NCBI GenBank assembly: GCA_963745835.1
Contig: CAVUZH010000003.1
Span: 1,152,001 to 1,216,000, forward strand
DNA: 64,000 bases
Source: an uncultured delta proteobacterium
GTDB taxonomy: Bacteria; Desulfobacterota; Binatia; UBA9968
Direction: 5' to 3'
The position numbers and the translations under genes are program-made. The notes below the pieces were generated by a model. That model did not search any database. It saw only the letters and a list, made by a program, of their open reading frames with translations, and was not told where the DNA came from. Positions within the stretch are counted from its first letter, which is position 1. Each line of letters begins with the position of its first letter. Shown here piece by piece: positions 31,799 to 42,621 of this stretch.

Positions 31799-32782
31799 TT
31801 AGGCGACTATTGCCGCGGCCATGCGGACAACGCTTTTTCTCATTGCTTGGGTGCCCATAGGTAATAGAACCGGCAGACTCAGGCCCGCTTTAACAAATGC
31901 CTCCAACTGTTTGCCGCATTGTGCCGTAGTCCCGGCTATGGAGTGGGCAAAAACCACCTCATCGCTGATATATTTCTTCGCCCCATCCCAATCTCGCCTG
32001 CCCACCGCTGCTGCCAATCCCTCCTGGTCGACTTTGCCGCCGCCGAGCCGAATATTCTCGGCGTGGTGAGTGTTACGAAAAATATATGCGAGAAAAAGCT
32101 TGTTGGCGTCGATAGCTTCACGCGGATTCTCTGAAACCGCTGCGGTGATAAAACCCGCTACATCGACCTTGTTCAGCGATTTGCCGGCTTTCGCCGCGCC
32201 GCTCCGGATTTCGGTAATGCACCGCGTGATATATGCCGGAGAGCACCCGCCCGAAAGCAAGACGCCATCGCCGATTTCACCTGCCAGCTGAAGCATCCGA
32301 GGACGCACCGCAGTGACATACATTGGAATTGGCGTCGACGGCACAAAGCCCATCTTTGGACCGTTCAGCTGAAACATCTCGCCTTTATAATCAACTGAAT
32401 CTCCCTTCAACAATCGACGAAGGATGTCGACGTATTCACGCATCGTTTTCAAAGGGCGAGGCGACTCGATGCCGGCTTCTTTCAGCGCGGCGGCGTTGCC
32501 AGTTCCCGGGCTGGCAATCACCCTCCCTGGCGCAAATTCCTCCATCGTAGCCAGCGACATGGCGGAGATGATCGGCGCGCGCGAATATGGACTCATCGGC
32601 GCGGGCGCGACCTTGATCCGTTCAGTCGAAGCGAGCAGAGCCATCGAGGTCGTCAGCGAATCTCTGAAGCAAAGATGGTCGGACATCCAAAGCGACTCCA
32701 TGCTAGCCTCATCGGCGAGCCGGGCGAGTTCGATCATCTCCTGAACTGAATAGAATCCGTCAAAGCATAAGCCCAACCGCAT
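31799..32782 (-). CDS. LLM-class flavin-dependent oxidoreductase
   Basis: LWMSDH, TERIKV, PRMLQLAGEIGDGV. Confidence 0.92.
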   Translation of the reverse strand: MRLGLCFDGFYSVQEMIELARLADEASMESLWMSDHLCFRDSLTTSMALLASTERIKVAPAPMSPYSRAPIISAMSLATMEEFAPGRVIASPGTGNAAALKEAGIESPRPLKTMREYVDILRRLLKGDSVDYKGEMFQLNGPKMGFVPSTPIPMYVTAVRPRMLQLAGEIGDGVLLSGGCSPAYITRCITEIRSGAAKAGKSLNKVDVAGFITAAVSENPREAIDANKLFLAYIFRNTHHAENIRLGGGKVDQEGLAAAVGRRDWDGAKKYISDEVVFAHSIAGTTAQCGKQLEAFVKAGLSLPVLLPMGTQAMRKSVVRMAAAIVA

Positions 32783-32860
32783 AAAGCCACCTTCCCTTTT
32801 TAGAGCCTTCCTGAACTCGCATGCTCTCGTGTCATTGCTTCGGATTATCGGTTAGAACTG

Positions 32861-33973
32861 CTAAAACCCATTCTGCAAAATAACCGGCAAGGTTTCCGCC
32901 GTGATATGCGCAAGCCCGATTTTTTCTAAAGTTAAACCTTCTTTTGAGTAATCGATTCCATTAGCCACTGAAGCCAGCCTGATCAACGAGTTCATCACCG
33001 GAGTTTCAATACCAAAGAGCCGGCCAATTTCCGCCATCGGCACCAAGCCATAGCCAACATCTTCATGAAGATAGCGGTGATCAAGGCACGCCGGGGACTT
33101 GATCTTGAAGTTAGGCTCACTTTCATGAATCGCACGATAAATTGAACCGCTGGCCCGTGCTTCATCCGAAGTCAGCCCCGCTTGATAAAAGATATCGATG
33201 AAAGGTGTCGGTGCTTAAGCCTGAGGCTCTTAACAATCTGCTAAGCGCTCTTTATCGACCTCTTCGATCCACGCCGCGATCGCCGGGGTTATCTCCTTCG
33301 CGATAATACAAAAAATTACCGGCGGTGTTTTCGATCCAACCCGCGTTGCCGAGCATTCCCGCCGGATGCATGATGGCGTTGATATTCGACAAACCCGTTT
33401 CAAGCACGTTCTGAGCAACTGTGACATTGGGGTAAATACTCTGAATTTCGCCGATCAAATCGTCGGTGTATCGCGCGCGGGAAAAGCCGCGCAGCGCAGA
33501 TTCGTTGTGCGCCGATAGATTTCCACGTGCGCCGGTTTCAGCATGCGGCAAATATAGGTCAGGGTCACAGTCTCGCAAAGTCTGACGGTGGCTTTATTAC
33601 CGCACCGCCGCAGGATGTTGGCAAAATGCAGCGAGCCTCCAGTATGACCGGGATTTAAGAGAATAGATTGGCCGTCTCGGAGATGTGCTGCCATGCTTTG
33701 CGCCAGATATTCATGCGCAACCGCCGGCGCTGCAACAATAATCAGATCGACGCCATCAATAACCGGGACAATATGCGGGCTGTGAAAATAGGGAGCGGCA
33801 AACTTTTCTTCGCCGGCCTCTCAAAGCGTGATACCACCCTGCTTGATAATCGGCAGCAGAGTCGCATCGGACCGGGAAAACAGCCGAACTTCGTAGCCGC
33901 GCAGCGTCAAATCAGCCGCCGCTGCGCACCCGCCATTGCCTGCGCCCAAGACGGCGATTTTACGAATTGCCAT
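32861..33973 (-). pseudogene. NAD/NADP octopine/nopaline dehydrogenase family, multiply frameshifted
   Basis: IAVLGAGNGG.AAAADL, LNPGHTGG, NINAIMHP, HRYLHEDVGYGLVP across several frames. Confidence 0.88.
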
Positions 33974-34059
33974 ACGTCACGAATATGCTTGACGCCTAAT
34001 ATTCTAAGAACTTAGACCAGGAATATTCGAAACTACTCGAACTCGTGGGAGTCTGCTAA

Positions 34060-35217
34060 TTAGGACTTGATTCGATAGTGTTCCAGTTTGTCTTCATCCA
34101 GTTCGATGCCCAGTCCCGGTTTGGCTGAAACAATGATATCGCCGTTGTCGAAAGCGAACGGTTCGCTGATGATGTCGTCCTGGTAATAAATTCCTGCGAT
34201 GCCTTTTTTCGATTTCTCCTTGGGCGAAGAAACCGGCACCACACAGCCGTATGTAACAACCCCCGTCGATGCGGCCAGATGCAGATTGGCGGCGTTACCG
34301 ACTCCCGTTTCTACTGATCCGTTTACATTGCACGGCAATCCCGCGGCTTCAGCAATGGCGGCAACCTTTTTAGCTTTGAACATTCCGCCCGGCTTGGTCG
34401 TGTAAATCGAAATGATATCGGCCGCCTTCTTTTGAACAATCTCGAGCACGTCTTGCGCTGTCCAGGCGCTTTCATCGGCCATGATCGGTGTATTGACGCG
34501 GCGAGCAACCTCGGCCATGTGATCGATACCCTCCACCGGTTGCTCCATGTAGAAGAGATCGTATTCTTCCATGGCTTCGATTATTCTAACCGCCATCTTG
34601 ACGGTGGGATAACCCTGATTGGCATCGACGCAGATATGCAAATCGCGACCAATGGCCTTTCTGATCTGCTTAACCAGCTCGACGTCCCGCTCGTGATCGA
34701 CCCCGCCTTTGAGCTTGATCGTCTTGACGCCTTCGGCTTTGGCCTGAATCGCTTCCTTTACGGCCTTGTCGATTTCCATTAGCCCCAGACTGTGCGCGAT
34801 GCTGACCCGCTCGCGAAAACAACCACCGAGCAACTGGTACGCAGGAACGTTCAGAGCCTTGCCGACGACGTCATAAAGCGCGGCATCGATAGCCGCTTTA
34901 CAATAAGGATATCCTTTGACGGCTTTGTCCATGAGAGCATGGACCGCTTCGAAGCGGCGCGGATCTTGGTCTTTCAATGCCGGCGCGAGAATATCATCGA
35001 TGATGTGAATCGTGCTCTGCGGCGTTTCCCCGAAATATCTGCCATAATCACCGCCCCAATCCTTCAGCACCGGCGCTTCGCCGAGGCCGACCAAACCATC
35101 GTCGGTGTGCAATTTGATGATCACGTAGACACCGATAGGTGTCGTCAGACTGGCCCACTGGTGCACCCTGCGCGTCGGCAGGCGAATCGGGATGGTCTCT
35201 ACAAACGTAATCTTCAT
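34060..35217 (-). CDS. Muconate cycloisomerase/mandelate racemase family enolase
   Basis: KLK, DANQ, EQP, DES motifs; KPGLGIELDE. Confidence 0.92.
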   Translation of the reverse strand: MKITFVETIPIRLPTRRVHQWASLTTPIGVYVIIKLHTDDGLVGLGEAPVLKDWGGDYGRYFGETPQSTIHIIDDILAPALKDQDPRRFEAVHALMDKAVKGYPYCKAAIDAALYDVVGKALNVPAYQLLGGCFRERVSIAHSLGLMEIDKAVKEAIQAKAEGVKTIKLKGGVDHERDVELVKQIRKAIGRDLHICVDANQGYPTVKMAVRIIEAMEEYDLFYMEQPVEGIDHMAEVARRVNTPIMADESAWTAQDVLEIVQKKAADIISIYTTKPGGMFKAKKVAAIAEAAGLPCNVNGSVETGVGNAANLHLAASTGVVTYGCVVPVSSPKEKSKKGIAGIYYQDDIISEPFAFDNGDIIVSAKPGLGIELDEDKLEHYRIKS

Positions 35218-35222
35218 GCTTG

Positions 35223-36335
35223 TCAACCGACTCTTAACAAGGTGTCGGCCGGTGTGTAATCGGACAGCAACTCGCAACCTTTTTGGGAAACGCAAAACAT
35301 ATCCTTGTTTTGCATGCCGAAGCGTCCGGTAATATAAACCAACGGTTCGAAAGCTCCGACCATTCCGGCTTCGACAATCTCGTCGCCGTAACGGCCCATA
35401 TAGGGCTCCTCGTGGAGATGCAGGCCGATCCCATGGGCGACGAAGCTGATCGGGTCGAAACCCAACTCGCTAAACTTCGCCAGGAAGCTTTGGTAAATCT
35501 CCTTACAGCGAGCGCCGGGTTTGATTAAATCCATCACCAGATATTTGCATTCAATCAAGTTGGCCCAGATTTTCTCCTGCTCGGAAGTTGCCTGCCCGAC
35601 CACAGCGGTGCGGCACACTCCGGCCAAATAACCATTCTTCTGGCCGAAGATTTCCATGCGAATCAGATCGCCTTTTTGCAGCTTGCGTTCAGTAGGTCCA
35701 ACGTTGGGAAATTGGCTGCGTTCGCCGGACGCGATGATCATGAGCTTGTAGTTTTCTGCGCCGCCGGCAAACAGTTCGGTCAATAATCGGCCGGCTAGCT
35801 CTAGCTCGCTGATACCGGGGTTGGCCCGCACCAAGGTATCGCCAATCGCCTTGTCCGTCAGCTTACTGAGTGATCTTAGCAGCGAAAGCTCACCGGCTGT
35901 TTTTATCTGACGGGCCTTATTAAAGACCGCATCGCCGGCGCTCCAGCGGGCATTAGGAAGAAGTCTCTGCAGAGTCGCGAAATCTTTAGCCGGTAGATAT
36001 TCGATCTCGATCGCGAGGCTACCTCTAGCGAGATCAAGATCTGTTAGCGCCTCCGCTAGTTTCTCCATCGGATCATCGCTGAACTCGCGATAAATACGCA
36101 GATCATCGATGCCCGCGTGCGCTTTGACTGTGCTCGCTTCCATGTCAATGGCGACCATGGTTAGCTGCCCATCGCAGGTGACTATACAGATCGCATGACG
36201 CCAGCGCATCAACGATTGCGAAGGCACCACAAATCCGGAGACATAGGTTACGTTCTCGGGAGAGATTGCAATCAGCGCGTCGAGTCCTTGGTTGGCGATG
36301 CGCTGCTTAAGGCGAGCGACGATTTCTTGGTCCAT
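35223..36335 (-). CDS. M24 (Xaa-Pro peptidase/creatinase) family protein
   Basis: ENVTYVSG, RQIKT..E, HGIGLHLHEEP, FEP. Confidence 0.9.
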   Translation of the reverse strand: MDQEIVARLKQRIANQGLDALIAISPENVTYVSGFVVPSQSLMRWRHAICIVTCDGQLTMVAIDMEASTVKAHAGIDDLRIYREFSDDPMEKLAEALTDLDLARGSLAIEIEYLPAKDFATLQRLLPNARWSAGDAVFNKARQIKTAGELSLLRSLSKLTDKAIGDTLVRANPGISELELAGRLLTELFAGGAENYKLMIIASGERSQFPNVGPTERKLQKGDLIRMEIFGQKNGYLAGVCRTAVVGQATSEQEKIWANLIECKYLVMDLIKPGARCKEIYQSFLAKFSELGFDPISFVAHGIGLHLHEEPYMGRYGDEIVEAGMVGAFEPLVYITGRFGMQNKDMFCVSQKGCELLSDYTPADTLLRVG

Positions 36336-36554
36336 AACTAGCGGTGTGAATGCTTCAAGAAACTTGACTAATCAAATGCCATGAATGTCCCGGAGAATAG
36401 CTGCTGTGATTTGGACCGTCAAGGAGAGCAGCCGAACGCTCAGCGTTGTTTTGATATTCTGGGCTGGCAGAAAAAAGGGCTGCACAGTTTCCACGCGCTA
36501 TCTTTAAATTGCAAGTTTATCGACAGTAACTGCGAGCAGTTAGGCTTTAGAGTT

Positions 36555-37673
36555 TTAGTAAAAGCCGGCAAAATGATCGAAAGAGACTTTTCTGTCAGCC
36601 ACCGCTGACCCGACGGCTTGGAGATCGGCAATATACTCGATGGAGTCAAGTTGCTGCACGTTCTTGGGCTCGATGCCCGGAAGTCCGAGACCATCCAGCC
36701 CGTGCCGCGTCAACTCGGCATTGTATCGCAGATAGGTAAAAAGCCTTGCTTGGACAGGGCCTCTCGTGCCGATCATATTGCCGACTTCGCGATCCAGCGG
36801 ATCTCCGGCCAGGCATTTACCAAATACTCTGCATAGAAAATCCTGCTCGTTCAGCGCCGCTGCCATTAATGCCGATGGTATCGAGCTGGCGTTGTAAAGC
36901 ACGTTCATTTCATCCGGCCGCAGGTCGGCGTTCGCGTCCGGGCTCGTTCCGGTCCCAACTGATACAACGAGCAGATTATCTTCGCCCACCGGCCAGTTCA
37001 GATTAAACGCTTCCACCGTGGCCATCAGGAAGGCCTGGAACGCCGGGTTGTTGTACATCGTGATACCGCCATCGACAAAGATGAATTCCTTCTGTCCGAC
37101 CCGCACCACTTCGGGCGGAAAATAGGTTGGCGCGGCGGTACTGGCCCGAACCAACTGCCACAGCGGCAAATTCAGATTGCAATCCGCGCGCGCGCAATCG
37201 TTGTATTTGGCGCGTGGATTATTCGATATCGGCCAAGGTGAATCGGTCGAAGCGTTGCGCATGACCATCATCAGCAACCCGTCGATCTTTTCACTCCCGA
37301 GGGTGGTGTCGGCGCCAAACTCCTGGCGCAGCCGGGTAGAGAGTTTTTGATCTTCGAATTTATGCCGGTAGTAGCGATTCAGTAATGACGCTTTATCGAA
37401 CATCTCCCGGCCGTTTTGCAGGTAAAAGTCACGAATACGATCGATGCTCATTCGCCAGGAGAGACAGGCGGCAATGATCGCGCCGGTGCTGGTGCCGGCA
37501 AAAAAATCAAAATAATCCGCCAGCACAAAATCGTTGCCCCGCCCCAAATTGTGTCGCAGCATATGTTCTATCTTCGCCAGCACTTCCACGGTCAAAATGC
37601 CGCGAATGCCGCCGCCGTCCAGCGCTAATATTTTCTTCGGTCCTATGCTTTTGATCTTATCCGCCAAACTCAT
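36555..37673 (-). CDS. Patatin-like phospholipase
   Basis: DGGGIRG, GTSTG nucleophile, ASTAAPTYF, DGG. Confidence 0.95.
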   Translation of the reverse strand: MSLADKIKSIGPKKILALDGGGIRGILTVEVLAKIEHMLRHNLGRGNDFVLADYFDFFAGTSTGAIIAACLSWRMSIDRIRDFYLQNGREMFDKASLLNRYYRHKFEDQKLSTRLRQEFGADTTLGSEKIDGLLMMVMRNASTDSPWPISNNPRAKYNDCARADCNLNLPLWQLVRASTAAPTYFPPEVVRVGQKEFIFVDGGITMYNNPAFQAFLMATVEAFNLNWPVGEDNLLVVSVGTGTSPDANADLRPDEMNVLYNASSIPSALMAAALNEQDFLCRVFGKCLAGDPLDREVGNMIGTRGPVQARLFTYLRYNAELTRHGLDGLGLPGIEPKNVQQLDSIEYIADLQAVGSAVADRKVSFDHFAGFY

Positions 37674-37686
37674 TGCCGATCTCCCA

Positions 37687-39651
37687 TCACCACAAAGTCG
37701 TTGTGTCGATCACATAAACCCTGCCTGAATATTTCTGCACGGTCTCAAACATATGCTGAGTGCCGCCGGGGCCGTCGCCGCCGCTGCGGTTCCAAAGACA
37801 AACAAAGCGCACCTTCTCTGGCCCCCATGCCAGCGAAGTGTAAAGTTGCCAAAGGTTTAGCCGCGCGAACGGGTTTGCTTCCGCGGGTAGCGGTCCTAGC
37901 ACTTCGGGCATCACCAACGTTGTGGTATTTGGATGAGCTTTAACTTTGAAGTAGCGTTCCGTCCAGTTGCCCGGAGCGAAGGAGACCGACTTCCGCAAAA
38001 ACGTCGGCTCGTCCAAGGCTAATCGTAGTTCGAGTTTGGCTCCGCGCTGAAGGACGGCTTCGGCAAACAACAGGTCGCCGCCGCATGCGCCGCCGCAGAG
38101 AGCCAGGTCCGCGGACCCCGCGTCCAAGTTTTCCAGGGTAGCCGCTATCGCCGCCGCGGCGATTTTTTCTTTATCGGCAGGAAATCGCGGCTCGGGTCGG
38201 TCCGGAGCATCGATCATATGACCGCTGAATAGCAAAACCTGTCGTGGCGCCCAGGTCTTATCCGGTGGATTGAGCCGGCTTAACGCACGATCGAGAACCG
38301 CCAGTCCAGCTTCAACTTCCTCCGGACGAAAACCCAAAAGTCCCAGGAGCTCGAGCTGCTGGCGTGATGAATTGAGTTTGAACCAGTCCTTATCAGCCAC
38401 CGCGACGGCATTTTTGTATGCCGCATCGACCGCTTGCTTCGCCTCCACCAAAACTTCCAATTCGGCTAAGCTGATGCGCGCCCAGTAATCTTTGGGATTT
38501 CTCTCGAGAGCGCCACGGATCGCCCAGCGCACTCCGCCTTCCATTTCCGCGCGCAGCACATCGGCTTTCAGCTCATCGGTCGACAGGTGAGCCAACAGAT
38601 GCAGCAAGGTCACAGCATTGATTCCTGAGTAGTAGTGCGCCGGATCTTTGCGGAATCCGGTGGAGTATGCGTTGATTGCTTCGCATAGGGTTGCGCTTTC
38701 GCTCTCCGCTTCCCGGCACATATCGACCACAGATCTTCCGTCCTGTTTCCAGCAATCCACCCACGCGTCTTTTTCCACGCGCCCGCGCATCGCCCAGCTC
38801 TCGGCATCTTGAGGGAATTCATCGATCAAATCTTCGATGCACTCTTTGGCATCGTCATGCTTTTTTAGCCGGCCGAGTAATAGGCACTTCTGCCGGCGAC
38901 TCTCCAGATCTCTAGGTCGGATCGCCAGCGCCTCTTCATACTGTGCCAGAGCCAACTTGAATTGGCCTACTGAAAGCAGCGCCCGGCCGGCCTTCTGGAG
39001 TGCTTCGAGGTGAAAAACGCGAGTAGGCGCCTCGCCGGCCAGAACAAGAATATCGCCAGGACGATTGCCTCTCCTGGCTATCTCGATCCGGTCCGCCCAT
39101 ACTTCATATTGCTCCCAAAACTCTTTGGCTTCTTCGATCCGGAGAGACTTCCAATCAGGCTCGTCCAAATAGCGTAGTAGATGATAGACTGGACTCACCT
39201 TGCGTCCATACCAGGCATTGATCGTATGAGTAGCGACCTCCGATAAATTTTTCTTGTCATCCTCCAGGTACTGCGCATCGGGAACCGCTGCGGCCGGGGT
39301 GTTTTTGGCGATTCGGTAACGAACCGAACGTTCGGTAAGAACATCGAAGGGCGTTTGATCGCGCCGGCAGGTAATCTGAACTACGCCCCGCTTCCTGAGC
39401 GCATGGCGCACGCCAAGTTCGTACCAGACGTTAGGATTGTCAATGGACAAGTCGGCGACCACGAGATCCGCGAGCAGTAGTTCCTGGAACATATCTGTGC
39501 GGATATTGCCGGCGCGCATCTCTTCATCGGCGCGAAATACTTCAAAGCCCGCGCCTTCCAAAGCCGGTTTGATCAAATCACGAAATACCGCATTGAAGTC
39601 AATATCTTCCTTGATGCCAAAAGGCATCGCGACAAACGCATGGTGCGCCAT
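37687..39651 (-). CDS. DUF4071/deoxyribohydrolase-like + TPR (MAP3K TRAF-binding-like) + SLOG-like protein
   Basis: AFVAMPFG, ADLS..NPNVWYELGVRHA; TPRs; YYSGINA; FSGHMID..RFP, GACGGDLLFAE. Confidence 0.8.
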   Translation of the reverse strand: MAHHAFVAMPFGIKEDIDFNAVFRDLIKPALEGAGFEVFRADEEMRAGNIRTDMFQELLLADLVVADLSIDNPNVWYELGVRHALRKRGVVQITCRRDQTPFDVLTERSVRYRIAKNTPAAAVPDAQYLEDDKKNLSEVATHTINAWYGRKVSPVYHLLRYLDEPDWKSLRIEEAKEFWEQYEVWADRIEIARRGNRPGDILVLAGEAPTRVFHLEALQKAGRALLSVGQFKLALAQYEEALAIRPRDLESRRQKCLLLGRLKKHDDAKECIEDLIDEFPQDAESWAMRGRVEKDAWVDCWKQDGRSVVDMCREAESESATLCEAINAYSTGFRKDPAHYYSGINAVTLLHLLAHLSTDELKADVLRAEMEGGVRWAIRGALERNPKDYWARISLAELEVLVEAKQAVDAAYKNAVAVADKDWFKLNSSRQQLELLGLLGFRPEEVEAGLAVLDRALSRLNPPDKTWAPRQVLLFSGHMIDAPDRPEPRFPADKEKIAAAAIAATLENLDAGSADLALCGGACGGDLLFAEAVLQRGAKLELRLALDEPTFLRKSVSFAPGNWTERYFKVKAHPNTTTLVMPEVLGPLPAEANPFARLNLWQLYTSLAWGPEKVRFVCLWNRSGGDGPGGTQHMFETVQKYSGRVYVIDTTTLW

Positions 39652-40066
39652 GTCATTTCACCTCATCCGTGTCGGCGATCTTAATCCAATGTCGGCCGAC
39701 GTAGCGCTATCATCTTTCCGCACCAATCGGCCTCCGCGCCACATTGAAGTAGCATGTTCCGCTGAAAACCCTTCAGTTAAGATAAATACTCTCAACTAGT
39801 CCGCAAGTATAGTTTTGTTGCCTGGGAAACGCCCGCTAATTCCAACAATATGACTCACGTTGAGCTAAGCTCCAATTGGAATAACGGAATAAGCGGAAGG
39901 AGCCATGATTCTGTGATCCTTCATAACTGAATCGATATGCCTGTGGGCACGGGAACATAGATCGGATTTATCACCTGCCTCGAGAGCCATCCCGTCATTA
40001 CTTTTGCGCTTGGCTTTCTAGCAAAAAATTGCTAACTAATTTAGATTCTCAACTTGGAGGGTTAAG

Positions 40067-40240
40067 GTGAATAGGAAAGAGCTGGAAATGCGCATTTGGG
40101 GCAAGACGATAGCGTCTGCGAAGAAAAAAGGAATTATTTCGGAAGAGGAAGCGCAGTTCCTGCTAGATGAATATCTTAAAGAATTTAAGGTTAAAAATGG
40201 ATGGGATGGAGTAAGTCATTTCATCCCCAGGGTTTTCTGA
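40067..40240 (+). CDS. Small hypothetical protein (57 aa, not in the ORF track)
   Basis: RBS GGAGG, GTG start; MNRKELEMRIWGKTIASAKKKGIISEEEAQFLLDEYLKEF... Confidence 0.5.
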   Translation: MNRKELEMRIWGKTIASAKKKGIISEEEAQFLLDEYLKEFKVKNGWDGVSHFIPRVF

Positions 40241-40448
40241 ATTCTTTACCCGCGAAACGGCTAGCTACTATAACGCTTTGGGTTTCTGCCGTCTTTTGTC
40301 GAAATCAAATTAGCTTCTCGTTTTCTAATGGGGCGTCGATTCCGGACTAAACTTAATTTGTCTTCCGTTCGGCGATCTCTTCGGCTGCGCTCTCACATCT
40401 TCTCGATCGCTGAACTCGCCCGACAACTTGATAGGAGTCTGGCTTCTG

Positions 40449-40913
40449 CTATTGATTTTCCCCGGCCCGAGATTGTTGAATCGCCTCGACAATTGCGTCG
40501 GCTTCAAGACCCAGTTCCAGGGTCTCGATCAGGTCACTGTAACGATCAGGATCTATGATCGCCTTCACTTCCGGCTCGAAGACGTGATATACGGGTAAAC
40601 CCAATTCGACGCCACCGAGCGGCCCGGCATAGGTCGGATCGCCGCGGGTCATGGTTTCGAACTGCACGCGCGCCGCATCGACGTTGGGTGCGCCGAGTAG
40701 CACGACGAGATCATCCGCACCGTATTCCTCTGCGAGTTGTTTGACTCGACCTTGAACCTCAAGGTCCACCGCGCCGGCGGCAGTTCAAACAAAGCACTGG
40801 GTGGTCGCGTAAACTACCTCAGCGCCGAGATTCTCGATGGCCTGTTCAATGGTATGGGCGGGCACCCCGTCGCGTTCGCCGAGGATCGCGATTTTCTTCC
40901 CTCGAAGTTCCAT
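40449..40913 (-). CDS. grdA: Glycine/sarcosine/betaine reductase selenoprotein A (Sec UGA at 40785-40787)
   Basis: GERDGVP, CFV-U-TAAGAVDLE, GDPTYAGPL, LGLPVYHVFEPEVK continuous in one frame across the TGA. Confidence 0.93.
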
Positions 40914-40955
40914 GGAGTTCCTCTCAATCTAAGTTAGCTTGGAAGTTGATTCCGG

Positions 40956-41077
40956 TTATTCCTGTCGTTCCAACATCACCGATATGCCATTTCATTTGTT
41001 ATCACTGTCGTTCTCACCTCACTAACATGCCCATTTCATCTATTATGCCTGTCGCTCCAACATCACCGACATACCAT
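40956..41077. repeat. Three degenerate 43-44-bp tandem copies of the grdC 3' end
   Basis: TTAT..CTGTCG.TC..AC.TCAC..A.AT.CC units start at 40956, 40999 and 41043. Confidence 0.8.
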
Positions 41078-42488
41078 CGCTCAGTTGCGTCATCTGCCCC
41101 AAAAATAAACTAGCTCGGGCAAAAAGAAAACAGCGCTTGAATTGTCCCTGGGTTAGTTCTTGGACTGCATGCGGCATATAAGCCATTGCGGAGGCGATAT
41201 GGCCCTGGGTTGGCGCATAGCCGGGCAATCCCTTTTCTTTCATGAATGCCGCAAGATCGCTTTTTGCCAGCTTGCCCGCCTTGACCAGGACGGCCCCGAG
41301 CATCCGGTAATTTCGCTCCGCAACGTCGCCGCCGTTCGCCGGCAAGGTGATCTCCGGGTTGTGCAATTCGGTGACAAATTTATCGATCGCCGGCACGCCC
41401 AGCTCTAGCCGGTTCAGCGGGTCGACAACCAGTGATTTCAGCTGCTGATCCAATGACGCGCCGGCCGATACCGGATGACGGCCGACGCCGGCCAGATTGA
41501 TAATCGGGCTTTTGCCGTCATCCCGGCCGACCCAGACCGCAACTGCCGCCTGCATGTCTTCCAACACCGGAATGTTTTTTTCAAGATGGTAGAGAAACTT
41601 CATGCCGAGCTTGGGCAGAGACGATCCACCGACAACAATGATATTTTCCGCGACACCGCTTAGCACGAGCGCGGCGGCGGTGACCATCGCAGGAATCGGC
41701 GCGGCGCAAAAATCTTTAACGTCGAAACCGGAAGCCATCTCACAACCGGAAAACTCGGCGATCGCTTTGGCTAAATTGCCGCCGCCGCGCTGATAACGGT
41801 CGCCGACGGCCTCCTCCGAACAGCCCAACACAAAATCGACCTCTTGCTTCTTCAGGCCCGGGTTTCCGGCAAAGATTTCCTCAAGCGACAAAGCCGCCGA
41901 GACCTTGCCACAGAGATTCTCCAACAACACTGTCGCAGATAGAGACTCATCTTCGTGATGCCCGTTGGCGATCCAGCCCACCGGTTCGATCTCACTGCCA
42001 ATAAACAGCGGCAGGCCGTCACCTTGAGCGATAATCGTCTTCAGCTTGTTTGAGTCAACAAGATTCGGAGCAGTCGTTGCAAGCGATCTACAAACGGTCG
42101 ATTGCTGCAGAGGCGCTGCAATCTCATTCCAGAAACGGTCGAGCAAGGCAACATGTTTGAACGGATCCGCCAGCGCGATCAGCGCGAGAAACAATCTTTC
42201 GTCGACGATGCTGCCGAAGGTCTTTCGCTCCTCCGTGAGTGTCGCCTGCTCTCCGAACCACGGTCGGCTGACTGACAATAGTTTCTCAGGCGCTTGCTGC
42301 CCGATGAAAACCTGATTGGGCAAGTAGCCCTGCGCTTGCTGAAAGGACCTAAGACTTCGGTTCAAGTCCGCGAGACGCGCTGGATTGGCGGCAATTTCCC
42401 GTTGCGGTTTTGACCCATACCGTGTCAGACTCGGGGTATGGATCAGGACGCTGGAGGCTGCTTTTACCACGGGTAAAAAATTTGCCAT
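41043..42488 (-). CDS. grdC: Glycine reductase complex component C subunit beta (FabH-like)
   Basis: RYGSKP, NQVFIG, CSEEAVGDRYQRGGGNLAKAIAE, FCAAP, ELHNPEIT, PGYAPTQGHI, SLFLGQMT. Confidence 0.93.
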   Translation of the reverse strand: MANFLPVVKAASSVLIHTPSLTRYGSKPQREIAANPARLADLNRSLRSFQQAQGYLPNQVFIGQQAPEKLLSVSRPWFGEQATLTEERKTFGSIVDERLFLALIALADPFKHVALLDRFWNEIAAPLQQSTVCRSLATTAPNLVDSNKLKTIIAQGDGLPLFIGSEIEPVGWIANGHHEDESLSATVLLENLCGKVSAALSLEEIFAGNPGLKKQEVDFVLGCSEEAVGDRYQRGGGNLAKAIAEFSGCEMASGFDVKDFCAAPIPAMVTAAALVLSGVAENIIVVGGSSLPKLGMKFLYHLEKNIPVLEDMQAAVAVWVGRDDGKSPIINLAGVGRHPVSAGASLDQQLKSLVVDPLNRLELGVPAIDKFVTELHNPEITLPANGGDVAERNYRMLGAVLVKAGKLAKSDLAAFMKEKGLPGYAPTQGHIASAMAYMPHAVQELTQGQFKRCFLFARASLFLGQMTQLSDGMSVMLERQA

Positions 42489-42621
42489 GCTTGTTACTTC
42501 ACGTTGTATATATTGCGACACTGTCGCTCGAGCGGAGCATAGAGGAATAAAAAATGTTGAACGAAGAACGCTGTAACGAGTGATTTGTCAGGACAGGCAG
42601 GTTGATGACAAATGTCGATTG

